46,415 bases of DNA from Trichoplax sp. H2 (GCA_003344405.1 NOWV01000170.1:124001-170415); one strand, 5' to 3'; shown: positions 12,401-26,406, counted from the stretch's first letter. Notes: generated by a model not told the origin, from the letters alone. Program-made: numbers and translations.

Positions 12401-13616
12401 TCCAACTAAGATTTTATAGTAACTTGAACGACTTTATGCGTCTTCTGGATGACGTAAGTAGCACTAACCCTTTTCTGATACTCTAATTGTTTTTAATTTC
12501 AGTCTTGACGAATCGGTTATTTACCAACAAGGAGAAAAGAAAATCTCAATAATCAATAAAGATGGCGATTCGACCACGCTGAGGTCGTCGGTTTTGTTAA
12601 CTAACCTGGAGAATACAACCTATGACAAAGACCAAAATAACACGCTCATTAATTGTTTAGAAATGCAGGAAAACAAAACTTGCCAATGCCCTTTGCAAAA
12701 TACATCGGAATTAAATCAATTAAGGGAAATTTTTCTAGATTCCAGTGATACTGTAGAATTTTTGGGATTTAGCGGTGGCGAAAGTGAATCAAGCTATGTC
12801 GAATTAACAGCTAGTCGCTCATCTACAATTAGTCTTAACAATGATATGTTATCATCGGAAAGTTTATTACCAGATTGCCCTACAACTGCAAACCTACGGG
12901 AAGATAATGTAAATCAGAATAACTTTAAAACATCCAGCGAGGAGGTACAAAGTAGGAAAAAGTCGCCTCTCATTGCAACTGCAAACATTGCAAAAAATTT
13001 AGAGAACGAAGGTTTTACACAGGAGTGCCAATATAGTGAAAACTGTACTTATACTAAAATTAGCATGCCCGTTGAAACTCCCACAATTGAGAGAAGTTCC
13101 TCATGCTCTTCTACGGCATCGTTAACGAAGGAGGACGTCAATGCAATAGGATTGGCTACTTCCGAATCTGATACAGCGTGTTCGAAGGAAGACTGTAACA
13201 TTTCCGGTGGTGTGACACAGTCTTCTTTGCAACAGCGATCTTTAAGACCGCGAAATATTAAAACCCTGTCACGAGAGACAAAAAGTAAATATATGCCTAT
13301 TCTGCGGTCATCTCAAGTATCACACGCGTACAACAAAAAGAGTAATCCCAAACCCTGTACGAAACGAACTTCCTACCGAAGGCCAAATAAAAGAAAGTTT
13401 TGTAAACTCGATCAAATACCAGATAGTCCAAAAAAGAAATTGACCTTTCAACATTATGACTGTATGGATTTTTCCGCTAATACATCTTCTGATTTTGAGA
13501 TGCCAGAACCAAATTATAAGTGTCATCTCAGCCAAGAAGTTGAGAAAAAAAGTATTAAAACAACTAGTAGCGGTAAAGTAATTAAAAAAATCACCAAGTA
13601 CTGCCATACAAGTTAA
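9464..13616 (+). CDS. DBF4: DBF4/ASK, activator of CDC7 kinase (motifs N, M and C plus long disordered tail)
   Basis: Exons 9464-9590, 9752-9888, 10012-10157, [uncertain small exons ~10232-10245 and ~10420-10469], 10532-10570, 10666-10716, 10792-10864, 11034-11092, 11206-11239, 11351-11396, 11547-11771, 11879-11978, 12049-12200, 12503-13616. Motif N: PFKGRTFYLDL...LEKDLQDLGGVVEKFFSNDV...KARALGIKIV. Motif M: LRTPFVKVLDLSGDYKPL...WPRVN...CPF. Zinc finger: LCECCGKKFEDYEDHLTSAIHRQFA. Confidence 0.92.
10865..11033 (+). other. U12-type GT-AG intron in DBF4
   Basis: Donor GTATCTTTC; branch site TCCTTAAT 11016-11023, 10 nt before the end of the TAG acceptor; splicing preserves the frame (LD-K-VQNYL). 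Confidence 0.78.
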
Positions 13617-15833
13617 TTCTGATTATTTGTGATGCAGAATCAGTACATTATTCATTGTCAAACACGAAATTTAGAAATACTTCGGTTATGCTATGCAACT
13701 GTCACACCGTAAAACCTGTTTATGAAAGCGACAACTAGATTTCTTATAGATCAGCTATTAATAAATATTCGATTTCCTATTCTATTTTATCTGTTTTCTT
13801 TGACAGTTTTGCCTCTCTATTTATACAACTGTTAATAGTGCGATTCTTCCAGTGAACCGTTCATACAGATGTTGACTCGCATTACGGAAAGAAGAATTAA
13901 CTTCTTCCATTGCCTAGTTTCAGCTTATTTAAAGTTACAGATGGAATTATAATAATATCGTTATGTCACAGCTGTATATGTAATTTAACGATTGATCTAC
14001 TATTCTGTACATACGAAAGAATCGAATCATACGTGTTATAGAATATACGCATTCCTAATGTTAAAGGTATGTTTGTTTTTTTAAAATGCGAATGTTGTAC
14101 ACCTGCTGTCATTGATTTGTATATGATAATCATGAAGATTTGCTCGGATATATTTAAGAGCACATATATACGAATGTTTAGAGAAATTATTATGATTAAG
14201 TGTACAAGTTGTCGATGCGACAATACATTTATTAAATTTTGGTCACGTCGTTTACTTTTTAAGTTAAACTCTTTACGTTGCTTCAATAGTGTGCATATAT
14301 TATACAATGTGATTCATTATCAAATTAATCGCTACTGCATATGTCACTAATATGTATATGATTGATGCTATCTGCAATCTAAAGAGTCATTCCGCAAAAA
14401 TACTGCAACCACTGTGATAGTACCACTTCTATTATTTTTGTATAGTGTTGTAGTGATGCACGGTACTTTGAATCTTGAACAGTCCAGAAAAGAGTCGGTA
14501 TAATAAACGCAGTTTGAATCCGATCGAGATAAAGATAATTGTAAGCTACAGCATTATTTTACTTGCTATTAAATTTGACGCTTTAGTTGTAATTTTTTTT
14601 ATTTAATTGTACACTTACATTATTGATCATCTTTTCAGTGATTGAATCTATTGAAATGAAAATACGTGTATATCTTTTACGATATTAAATATTGGCTATA
14701 AAAGTCAAATATAAAAGAAATTCGCTGTGCATAACCCTATATCGCTAATTTTGTTTATTGTAAACTATCAGCTTTGATATAGAGAAATAGCTGAAAATAT
14801 TCGCATACAACTAACTAAAAATGAAGCCAAGAACAACTTAATTCATAAGCTTCATGTCTGGCGCTTTCATTCAGTAACATGGTTTATCAATTGTCACTAG
14901 CTATGCAATCCTTTATTTTTTTATTGGATGTTTAGCAATAAAACCAAGCCGTGGACTCCAAATATTCCTATTTTAGCAGTCTACGATAGATTTCGACTGC
15001 CTAGTAAGTAATTATTACTTGATATTGACCAACAGTTTTGAAGGGAGGCATACAATAGTTCATAGCTGTATTATTAGTATTAGCAACCATTCATTGATAT
15101 ATTTCCAAATTAAGCTATAATTCATTTACATAAAATTCATCAAGTTTGTGATTGTATAAAAAGCATTATCCAACGAAAGTAGAATGAACTAGTTATTTAG
15201 TGTTGATACATATTAATAATTATTAGGGAATATTATATTATTTGTTCTGGTCGTTAGGGAGCATAGCTATTACGTTAAACATTATACAGTGGATTATGTA
15301 TCGAGAATAAAATCAATCCATACGAATTATTGCTCAATAGTATCTTTGTTGTCATTCAAATTATCCATCTAATAAATACTTGATATATTGTAACGGTAAT
15401 GATTATCGACTTAAAAAAGCAAATCTAGTATGAATGTATTACTTTAAGATTAAGATTTGATATTTGTATCTTCGATTACAGTTATTTATTCGTAGAGATA
15501 GGCTATCTTGATCCAAAGCCTAACCATCGTCTAGCGTTATTTTAATGCATAGTTAAAGATTCAGCTTGTATACCAAACTAAGTAGTAAAGTAATCACGCA
15601 CAAATTAAATTACTGACATCATTAAAAAAAATTATTAGTAGAAAGACTAAAAAATCACTGAATATGCTTGAATAAATGACCAGGTTTTGAAAATACTTGA
15701 CGAAATGACTTTGAACAAGTATTACTGCTACTGTTCATTTGCCAATTTACATGATCACTAGTCTATCAAATCTATAGTGATGATTATGGTAATAGTACAG
15801 TAAGAACTTTACGTTTAGTAATTACCTTTTTCC

Positions 15834-18800
15834 TTATGTTCTTCTAATGATTCTTTGTAAGGGATTCATTTTCAGTTTCTTAGCAAATGTGTTGACTTTA
15901 GAATTCTTAGCTGAATAGCTGTACCTGAACGCGTTGGTATTACGATTACCCTGATTATTTTTGCCGGAACCCAAATTAGCATCTTTAGCATTATTACTGT
16001 CGTCTGCGTCGCTGTCATGTTTATCATCTTCGGTCTTTTCTTCGGTTTTATCTTTGATTTTATCGTTGGTTTTATCTCCCGTTCTTTCTTCAGTTTTTTC
16101 TTCAGTCTTTTCGTCAATCTTTTCGTCTTTATCTTGAACATTTTGACTCTTTTCTCCTGCTAAAATCAAGTAGTAAAACATCCGAATTCTATTATTTGCT
16201 TTTTCTATCCGATATATAGAAGTTGAAAGATTACCACTTATTTACTGTATCGTATTTGTCATACAACCATAGAATAGGAAAATTAAATCTGCAATATCTA
16301 ACCAGTTGCATAATTGGTTGCTTTTAGAACGAGACGGTTAATCTAAAATTAAGTCATCATTACTAACCGTCATCAAGGTTCTCAATAGAGGATGCTGCAG
16401 ATGCTGTTGATGTGTTGATTTGATCTGTAGCTGAATATTCGTTTGCATCAGTTGTTTTGGATGATTCGTCTCTATCACTATCTTTCGCAGCTTCGTTGTT
16501 ACTTGTTGATGATGAATCTTTCTTAATACGATTGGCCTTGGGGCTCTTTGGTGTTTTTGAATTGTCTTGTATGTAGGTATCACTGATAGCTGCGACCGTA
16601 TCCACCGTTAGACTAATTTCAATAAGAGAGTAATATTAATATATTGCCTTTTATATTACGTGATAACTCATAAAGCTGTTACTATTGGTAATTAGCATGA
16701 TTAATAATAAGATATTGTTACTATTAGTAAGTTCCATCCTATATATTTATGAATAACCATAGGCAATAATATCAAGCTTTAAGGGAATTTATAAAATGTG
16801 ATTTAATTGAATAATTTTCTTAATTACTCACTCTAAATTAAAGTTATCAACCAATCGATCGACCTATTGAATGTAGAAAAAATATTACTTAGTCAACACT
16901 TAAAAACAAATTATTTTAAAGTCCAATATATATGTAATAATGATAATGTTAGACATAACATTTATTATGATCAAGATCCCACATACGGCATGAATCATTT
17001 ACCAACAACTATCCCATAATGGTTTAATTAAGTAGTTAATTATAAGAAATAAGAATCTGAATTATCAAATTAGCAAGTTATCATAACACTTACAGCAACA
17101 ACATTGCCTACAGTTGAGAAAGCGCCCTGGGTTATATTACCGACTTTATCACCATATCTGTCAGAAATAAATTTAAAATTAATTAATAATGAGGTAATGA
17201 TGCCCTACTTCTACATGAATGTTATAAATACGTCAAGATCGAACGAAAATGAGCACTTTTATCAAAGTAAATGATTTGAGTCTACACTTTTTAAAACTAT
17301 CCAATGCTAAGATTTTAATTCTTAAAGTATTAAAATATTACAGCCAAGAGAATTCATCGCATGGCTTTCACTAAATTTTTTTTATCTAGTTCTATGTCTG
17401 TTACAATAATAAAATATTAAATCTCTGTCTAGCATCCTTACAAGATTACATCATCAATCAATTGTTTATACTTGTTATAAATGAAGTTACATCTACCAAG
17501 TTTTCCAATAAAACATTTACCTATGCCTTGCACTGTCTGATGTGTTTTGAGACCATGATTTGGAAATTTTAACGATACTCTTTTCCAGGCCAGAATATAC
17601 TGAGTACAGACCTATAAGAAAGTAAAAAGAATTTTTGATATCCAATATCTATGATAATAAAGCATGCCAACATAGTCTCATTTAATCTCGACGCGTTTAG
17701 TAACTTGGTAGATGAATTAGCAGCCTAATAATCGTATGAAATTTTCATATCTAAGATATAATTATGATATTCCTGTAAGAAAGTGCTTGATATTTTTGAT
17801 CTTGTTTGTTTGATACCGCGATCAATTAGTAGTTATGATCTGCTGATCTTGCATGCCATACGCAAATTAGATGTTTCTGACCGATATCTTTCTAGGCTGC
17901 ATTCTTTACAACACTCTTGCAATAGCAGTCGATAGTAGACCACACTGACTGATAGTTAATCTTACATAACCTGAACAATTTACCAGATTTTTTAAAGAAG
18001 GATAATTTATATCAAGAATACTACAGATTGTCCTAGTAAATGTTATGCAACAACTAATAAATAATCAAGATAGTCGTCTGATAATTCTTTATGTTATTAG
18101 TATAGACCACCAGATATAGTATTTAGACATAATATCTAGCAACTCATGTTTCATTTTGGAGAATAACACATCAGTAGTCATAGCAGCAGCCTGTTAATCT
18201 GTCTGATATTAGCGATTTCACTGGTTCTCCTTTATCTATTTCTATTTCGAATAGTTAACAGTTCGAGTATATCCTATACAACACTAAACTGATAATAACA
18301 AGAGCTGCTTGATAACTGATTAAATCTGATCTTAGTAACTGAGATATCCCTGTAGGAAAGCGTAGTTGATATCTACATTATTACATATAATTCTTTTTTA
18401 ATGTTTTATAGTATCTATTTAGCGATTATGTTATCAGTTGGACAATCTCATATAAACTTAAGAATTTGAATATTCATTTCTTATATAGATGTAATTCTTC
18501 AAGAGTAATGAATTATATTATTGATATTGTGATATTAAATCAGTTATTTTAGTAGAAACTGCAAATTTTTAAAGCTACTAACACAGAAAGACCTTAGTCA
18601 TTTACCTTCCATGCTGGCTAGACCAATCTTGCCGAAACTGTTATCAACTGAATCACTCCATTTCTTCTTCTCTTCTTCCTCGTGCAACTTATGCTGATAA
18701 TATTGCTTAGTTGCTTCTGTATCTTCTTCGGATAGTTTTTCGGCTCCTAGCAGTTTCCTGTTAACATTGAAGACAGCAGTTTCTAGGCCAGCTCCAACTT

Positions 18801-21800
18801 CTACCACTTTATCTGCAAGACACCAAATCAAAGCAATTTAATTACTTTTGTAAAAGCTGTCATTTAAGGCTATTCTTATAATTAATCACGTTTAGATTAA
18901 AATTACTTGACTATTGCTCTCTCATTTCATATCAGTCTACAATTTATTCACATTGCAACTGTTCAGCGAAGATATAAAAAATTGATGGCTTATTCAAGAG
19001 TAACAATAGTTTCATTAAAACTTTAGTGTAATCTATCTTATAGTAATCTGCAATTTATAATTTAATTATTACTAAAAGCGGCTAAAAGTTGGCTGGCTAT
19101 TACTTCAGTTTTATGGTATGCATTTAATTGAGATTTATTGAGGGTCGAAAAACTATACTAAAGCATTTCATTCGTTATTTATCCAGTTATTCCATGAGAT
19201 TTACTTTATTTGTTTTATTAAATGATGCTAATTAACATTATAACATAATTTTATATATCAAGATGTATAAATTAAAGTAAAGATTTATGCTTGCCGTTAA
19301 TCGAAAATGTCTAAAGATGGCAATAATTTTGATAGTAATACTGAGAAGTAGTTTTCTTAGCTAGTATTGCATAGATGTTCATCGAGCATATGGAATGAAT
19401 AGATAAATACCAAACTTTGCTCTAGCCTTACCATTGATCTATATTATCCATTCTAATTGATGGAATAAAATCAAGTGGCTGGAAGTGGAAACTTACCTGA
19501 TGCTTTATCGGTAGTTGTTAATCCTGTATCCAGGCCGACAGTAGTGGTTATTTTTCCTTGCTCATGTCGTTGCCGCCATTCTTCATGACGCTTAAAAGAT
19601 AAATGAGAAAATTTCTTGTTTTATATCGGTTATTTTTCTTCCCTTATGATCACATAAGATAATTTAATGTATAAATAATTTCCTTTTATTAACAGGTGTA
19701 ACAACTATTTTTTGATCGGTTGGCAAAAAAAGATTTCTATAGACAAGTGGATGATACTTATTAAAATATAACTGGAATCTTTAGATTAGGTTTATATTAT
19801 AATTGGAGTTAATAGCAGAGCGGTTACGGTAGGAGTAAATCTATCACCGTATAGTATGGTATCGAATAAAGAGAATTGTATCCATTTAAATACCGTATAT
19901 GAAAAAGTATTTATGATCTAGTAGAGTATAGAGGTTTCTTTTATATCTATTTAATAGAATAAAGCAATTGCGGCAATAAAATCTTTCATGATATAGTATC
20001 GCATCGACTAAAGAGAATTATATGAATATCTACTTCAGAAATCATTATTTCCAAATACCAAACGAAAGTTATTGCTTATTGAATGGATATAACAATTGTA
20101 AATCAGAATGTAAAAATGTATCGATGACCTGGTAGGAAGTCTCTTTTTATCTCTACATAGCAAATGATAGTGATCTCGGCTAATTACAGTAGTAATGTGT
20201 TGTGCTTTAAAGGCATAATAGTCCGATAAAGTATAGTAGTATGTGAAGTAGAAAAGGTTGGAGATTTGTTGTATTTTAGTAGCTCAAATTTCACGCTAAT
20301 TAATAAATTGCCAACCTTAGGAGCTACAAAGCCCCTTTATTAACAGATCTTAGAATAGCGGCTTGCAGACCTCATTTAAAATGTCTCTTTCAGATATTTA
20401 AGCGATAGAATCATTAATTATAATTCAGTAGCGAATGTTATTTTCTTTAATTTATTTCTTTGACTATCGAGTATACAGTATTAAAAATTTACACTTAAAC
20501 GAGATTTCTCTTTTCTATGCAATGCTATCTTACCTTATCGATGTTTTTACTTGTTTTTTCTGCATGTTTAATGGTATCATAAGCAATCTTGTCCGTTGTT
20601 CTGTTAATAAACTATTATAGAAAAGACATTAGGCACAGGCTAAAATATACAAAATGGCGAAAGAATCGATTGGAATATACTGAATTAGGAAGGAAGATTG
20701 CCTTAGATTAAAAGTATTATTAACTTACACCGGCTACTTTTGCACCCCAAGTGTCTTTACTTTTGTCCTGGTATAGAATTAATCAATCAATCAATCAACA
20801 GTTCTACGAGCTCTGTCCAAATCTTTCGCAATTCATTTTGTTATTCAGTAAGACTATCTTATGATAATTATATTGTATGCTATAAGTTAATACGTCTGAA
20901 TATAATAAAATAATAAACGGATCAAGGTACTATCATAGTGGTTAAAAAGTGTCTGATCATGTGCAATTACAAAATCCTGTACATAATGTTATAATATTAT
21001 TCATAATAATTAGATCCGAAATGATAGTTACCCAAACCAAATCTTCTTCCACTAAAAGGAAAACAAGAAGATAAGGAAATTAATATCTTGGATGTAATAA
21101 AATAACAGAAACTTTCTAATAGGCAAATGTAAGTGCAATTGTGCAAGTATTGAAGACAGTAATTGATTCCTGAAACAGACTGACATCTATTATTTTCTTC
21201 ATCTACTTCTTGGTCAGATTCATCACTGCCAGCAATAAGAAGGCCACTTAAATTCATCTCGTTGGTGTCGCTATTTTTGGCAGACTCTCCATCTTCTTCA
21301 TGTTCATCTTGATGGTCATCTTGATGGTCATCTTGCTGTTCTTCCTGTTGCTGTTTTTCTTCTTCTAATTTTTGTAGATAAATTTTCTTTTCTTCTAGGT
21401 ACATAGCTTGATTAATAGCTGTCTTAAGCTGGCCTTTAGCACTATTAGAAACAGCAATTTATCAAGGCTCTCTTTAACTCATTGTATAACCTAGTGGAAC
21501 TTCTACACCAATTTCACTACGGATAGAAATAAGTTTATTTACCATCTCATTCGAAATTGTAAGTGAAGCATCGCTTCCCATTCGTCTCCGACACATGTCG
21601 GACCTGTGCAGTCTAATTCTAAACCTCTCTCCAATGTATCAAAAGCCTCTAATGGTATTTGAGTAAATTTGCAGTGGTTATGTCTTGAATTTTGACAGCT
21701 ACTTGTATGATCAGATGCAGGATAGACAACAAATAAGTACTGTTCGCTTACCCTTAAAGTAGTTGACATACTCTTCTCCATTATCTTGGCACTTCTTGCC

Positions 21801-22574
21801 TTGCTCAATCAAACTGCCAAAGCAAAATTTTAAAAGATAAATAAAAATTTACTATCTCAATGCACATATGTAAATCAAGTTTGCGTACGAATATTGTTGA
21901 AATGATAGAAACTTGATATGACGTAGAAGCTTAAAAGTGGGAATGCAATAACTTATTGATATCATACATTGATATAAAAATGGAGCTTATCCAATACAGG
22001 CAAGACATATAATCAATTGTAATTCACATAGAAAAGGAGAGAATTTAGTGGGAGATCCGTTAAGGATTATCTTTTGTATAAGATGTAAATATAAATTCGA
22101 CATTTGCTAGTGAAATATTGCAAAAGGGCGAATTCAAACGCTCATCTACAAGCAAGTATCGATTCCTACTTAGTCCAACAGTATAGAATAGCCTTTTTGA
22201 GAGTTAAATAGTGAACTAATATCGACAATAGAAAGTAGCAGATAATTATTTCGATGACGAAATGGCAATGATGATTCATAAATAAATCGGTTTTCCTAGT
22301 TTATCTCTAGGTTAGTTAGATGATCGATATTCATGTGATGTAAATAATTTTCCTAAGTAGGTAACAATAAAATAGAAAATAATCCAAAACAGCATTGATC
22401 ATGATGGATAAGAGAATTCAGATAGATTATAATGGTAAAACTACTATGTGGAAGTATAAATTTATCCTGTCGCTCCTTGCAAAATCAATTTTAACCAAAG
22501 AACTGATGAGGCACAACCAATTCTTACCTAAAGGAGTCTTGATAAAGACTGACTAATAAGGACATATTTTCCAT
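15834..22574 (-). CDS. Spartin (SPG20)-like protein: MIT domain, acidic linker, Senescence domain, acidic tail; ~555 aa
   Basis: 14 phase-consistent exons: 22574-22528, 21813-21752, 21648-21543, 21441-21185, 21051-21032, 20767-20729, 20611-20534, 19590-19497, 18812-18606, 17611-17521, 17157-17094, 16863-16832, 16612-16368, 16159-15834 (1668 nt). MIT-like: LYQDSFSLIEQGKKCQDNGEEYVNYFKEAFDTLERGLELDCTGPTCVGDEWEAMLHLQFRM. Senescence-like: WGAKVAGFINRTTDKIAYDTIKHAEKTSKNIDK and ASMEGLYSVYSGLEKSIVKISKSWSQNTSDSARHRYGDKVGNITQGAFSTVGNV. In-frame stops precede the ATG. End of the last exon is less certain. Confidence 0.82.
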
Positions 22575-25500
22575 GATGTCAAGTTATTAAATTTCTCTTC
22601 AACTATTTGACTATTGGGATAAAATTGATATGTCAACATACAGTAATAAGACAAATGAACAATTTTAGGAACACCTTAAGGTACCTCGTTTACTGTACAG
22701 ATGTATCATAGTCTCTGCCTACATTGGATGACATAGTTACATAGGTGGTATAGAATTCGTTGATTTCAAATGATAGAAAAGATAGCATGGATAGGTTCCA
22801 TATTGACTAGTAACAAGCTTATTCTAAAAATAAATAATGAAAGGTACCATATGGATGATAAATTAGGCCAGCCTATTTTAGAATATGATGACAGAAACAT
22901 GTCAGTTACGTAGGTGCAAAGATGTCTAGCTGGTTAAATAATAGGTTTTACTGAAACTTGTGAGTTAGAGTTGGACTTTATAGTCGTAATTGATTTAACA
23001 GTATTAATTTAGCTTTGCGTTGCTGTGTAGATTTCTAGTTCTTGTCGCTTAAGTACTTGGAAAATCATGATTGAGTTAATTTCTATTCCCTTAATTCGGT
23101 TATAATTATTTGGCTATTATACAATTGTACAGTTAGTTTGTAGTTATAGTTTGTTGTTGAACTAATCGATCAGTTTTAATTGACGGTTATTCGTGGAATT
23201 GTTGTTGCGATCCGATTCTACTAATTCTAAATTTATCCTATATGGATTATTTTAAGTTACGCTAATGAACTATTGCTATAAGCTATAGCTAGTCAATGAT
23301 AAATTGCATAGCCTTTAGTTAGTCATGTGTTTCTCGTTTACAGTTATAATCACCACAAGATCACTGTTGTTATGATCGATCCTGAACTAATGAATTAGTT
23401 GACTGGGAGAGACCTTCTGAATATTTCTTATCTACCTACTAATGCTTTACGTAAATCCTACTGCATGTTGATCGGCTAGAACTTAATATAGCTAATGCAT
23501 AACCTATAAATTAATCAACTTGGAGAATCACCATGATCATCTCTTGGTATACCACTATAATAGTAACATGTTGGATCCTCTGTCATGACAGATAATATAA
23601 GTGAAATTTTAGGATGCGAATAGTAATTATTAAATACCATAAATGATTAAAAATTCATAAACTTTTATATCTCTATGTAGAGAATTTCTAATGTTATTGG
23701 GATATAGTATTCAAAGTCATTTTTATCGATTTTATTCAAAATAAAGAATTAAGCACCACGGCTTAGACAGTACTGTCCGAACGATTTAGTTGAGTAATAT
23801 ACTATGGAAGCGAAGTTCTGGATTAAATACAATTATATATTCTGAAGAACTATTTATTATATCTACTGTATATTCTACAATAGGTATGGACTCCAATTGA
23901 ATTTGCAATAATTATCCTATAGGATCTTACAAAGAGCGCAGATACTTTCAGCTTATCATTACTTTCTGTGCCTAAATCATACGATGATGCTAATATTATA
24001 CTCGAACGAAAATTTTATTCTTGCGTTTGTGTTTCCTGTTGTGTGCAGTCGTCTATACGCACATATAAAATCAAGCTAAAATATTGGCCGAAAACTGGGG
24101 AATCTTGTGCAATATGCCGCACTTTGTAGACATGTGCGAAGGATGCCTCACTGCATTTATTCAACGTATATTATTCGATTATGATCGCGGTGAAAAGTTA
24201 CTCCAGTTCAGTCTAAGTGAAACCATACATACTTTATACACGTAGATTAAAATGGATAGTAATAATGTCTGTAAAATGTTGTCATGTTGACCTCCAAGTT
24301 CTAGCTCACTTTGCTTATTGATTATTTGAATTCATTTTTTTCTCCCAACTACTGCCTGTGTCTACTTCGACCATAAAAATAGGTCAACAATCACGCAAAA
24401 TCTGACAACTTAGCCAAAAGCATGATCTACAGTATTTCACGACGGCAATACACTATCATCAGCAGTGGGTATAGTGACATTTTTGATGATCAGTGCACCA
24501 GATACCATAAGGGTATCAGTTAAGCGTGATCTGCAGTATTTATCCTTGCAAAGCAGCCACCTCTAATAAGAGAGTTTAAGACAGCGGTGTTTCGTTGTCG
24601 ATCAATTGCAAAACTGCTCTCTTGAGGTAGTTTAGCACAGTGGTGTTTCTTTATTTGTCATAAACATCGTCTGTTGTACTCGCTCAGTCGATTGATCCCT
24701 GCAAACCTGCTATCATTAGAAAGGTAGCTGGACGTAGCGGTGGGTGTCATGATGGGTTTCAAATGGAAATCAAACCATGATCAAAGCCAGCATCTTTTTT
24801 GTATTTCTACAATTCTAGAATACGAGTAAGCTCTACACTGCACTAATTTTAATGGCCATGGTCGCATGTCAGCGTTAATAAATCCAAAGGTTTCCATTCA
24901 ATCCTTCATTAAGAAAGTATTTTAGCCTTATTATGTTGCTTGTATGTCGAACTGTTGGAGCTATTATTACTTTCTACCTACTAATTAAGTGAAACATGAG
25001 GATGCTTCCAATATTATCGATACATAGTTGTATCAATATCATTATCAATTCTGCGCTTGGAATGATCAAGAATACCAAGAAAATGCATGATAATCGAATG
25101 AAGAATCGATTCAATCTGGTGTGATTGACCAGGTTGAACGCGGACTATTGGGACTGTGATTGACTGACTTTATTAGGATATGCAAATAGCTTGAAGGTGA
25201 ATTAACCTTCCTGCTATAAGATTCAAACTGAAATCTGCGGTCAAGTTATTACAATCGTATCAAAATGGAGCAGGAAACATTGGAGAATGGAGAATCTTCA
25301 ATATATCTGTGCGCTATTTTTATCCCATCAAAGTCATATCAATGGATATATTTGATCATATGGGGTTCTAACGTAAACGATGACCCAGACTATCGTTCAT
25401 TAGAATGATCAATAAGTTGAGTCTTACGGCAATACCGTATGTGATTTAACTTAGTAACAGTGATTGAAAAGAGACACGGAAGATTGATACGAAGTAGCCA

Positions 25501-25897
25501 TTTTTTTTTTAGCGGCCTCTTTGGGTCCCACCAACTGGTCCGGACAGAACTGTCCTATGAGTCTGCTGGACCATGGACTGAAGCGAGCAATGGCGTCACG
25601 CGCGGTTCAGTCCAGTACAGTACAATGTACAGCACGTCGTGTACTCTGGTGATGACATTACTTTAGATTTACCCTTGATTTTGTCATGGTTCACATTCAT
25701 AAGGATTACGGAACAGGAGGATATAAGGTCCACATGACGACGCTCCATGGGATTGACTGAGTCGCGTTAAGCGTAAACGATGTCACTGCATAATCCAGCT
25801 GTAGGGTACTGTACTGTACTGTAGCCTGTAGGCCAACTGTAGCGTGGGTAATTCGTACTACATGCTAGTCGTGGTTTGTCGCGATCGTTCGCTGACT

Positions 25898-26406
25898 GCT
25901 CCGCTTCCAACCCAACAGCCTTTCAGAAATGCTCCCTAGGGTCATGTGACTGATGGCCTCAGTGTCCTGGTCCGCTCCGCTTCCAACACAACAGCCTTTC
26001 AGAAATGCTCCCTAGGGTCATGTGACTGATAGTCTCAGTGTCCTGGTCCGCTCCGCTCCAACACAACAGCCTTTCAGAAATGCTCCCTTGGGTCATGTGA
26101 CTGATAGCCTCAGTGTCCTGGTCCGCTCCGCTTCCAACACAACAGCCTTTCAGAAATGCTCCTTAGAGTCATGTGACTGATAGCCTCAGTGTCCTGGTCC
26201 GCTCCGCTTCCAACACAACAGCCTTTCAGAAATGCTCCCTTGGGTCATGTGACTGATAGCCTCAGTGTCCTGGTCCGCTTCGCTCCAACACAACAGCCTT
26301 TCAGAAATGCTCCCTTGGGTCATGTGACTGATGGCCTCAATGTCCTGGTCCGCTTCGCTTCCAACACAACAGCCTTTCAGAAATGCTCCCTTGGGTCATG
26401 TGACTG
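25898..26406. repeat. Tandem array, ~6.7 x 75-76 bp, GC-rich, each unit carrying GTCATGTGAC
   Basis: Units GCTCCGCTTCCAACACAACAGCCTTTCAGAAATGCTCCC...GGTCATGTGACTGATAGCCTCAGTGTCCTGGTCC start at 25898, 25974, 26050, 26125, 26201, 26277 and 26352. Confidence 0.96.

Noticed and set aside
13966..14350. Overlapping 113 aa and 93 aa ORFs
   Set aside because: AT-rich 3' spacer, no homology or exon structure; likely chance.
25898..26406. CRISPR-like regular repeat
   Set aside because: Whole units repeat with no unique spacers, no cas genes, and the context is eukaryotic.
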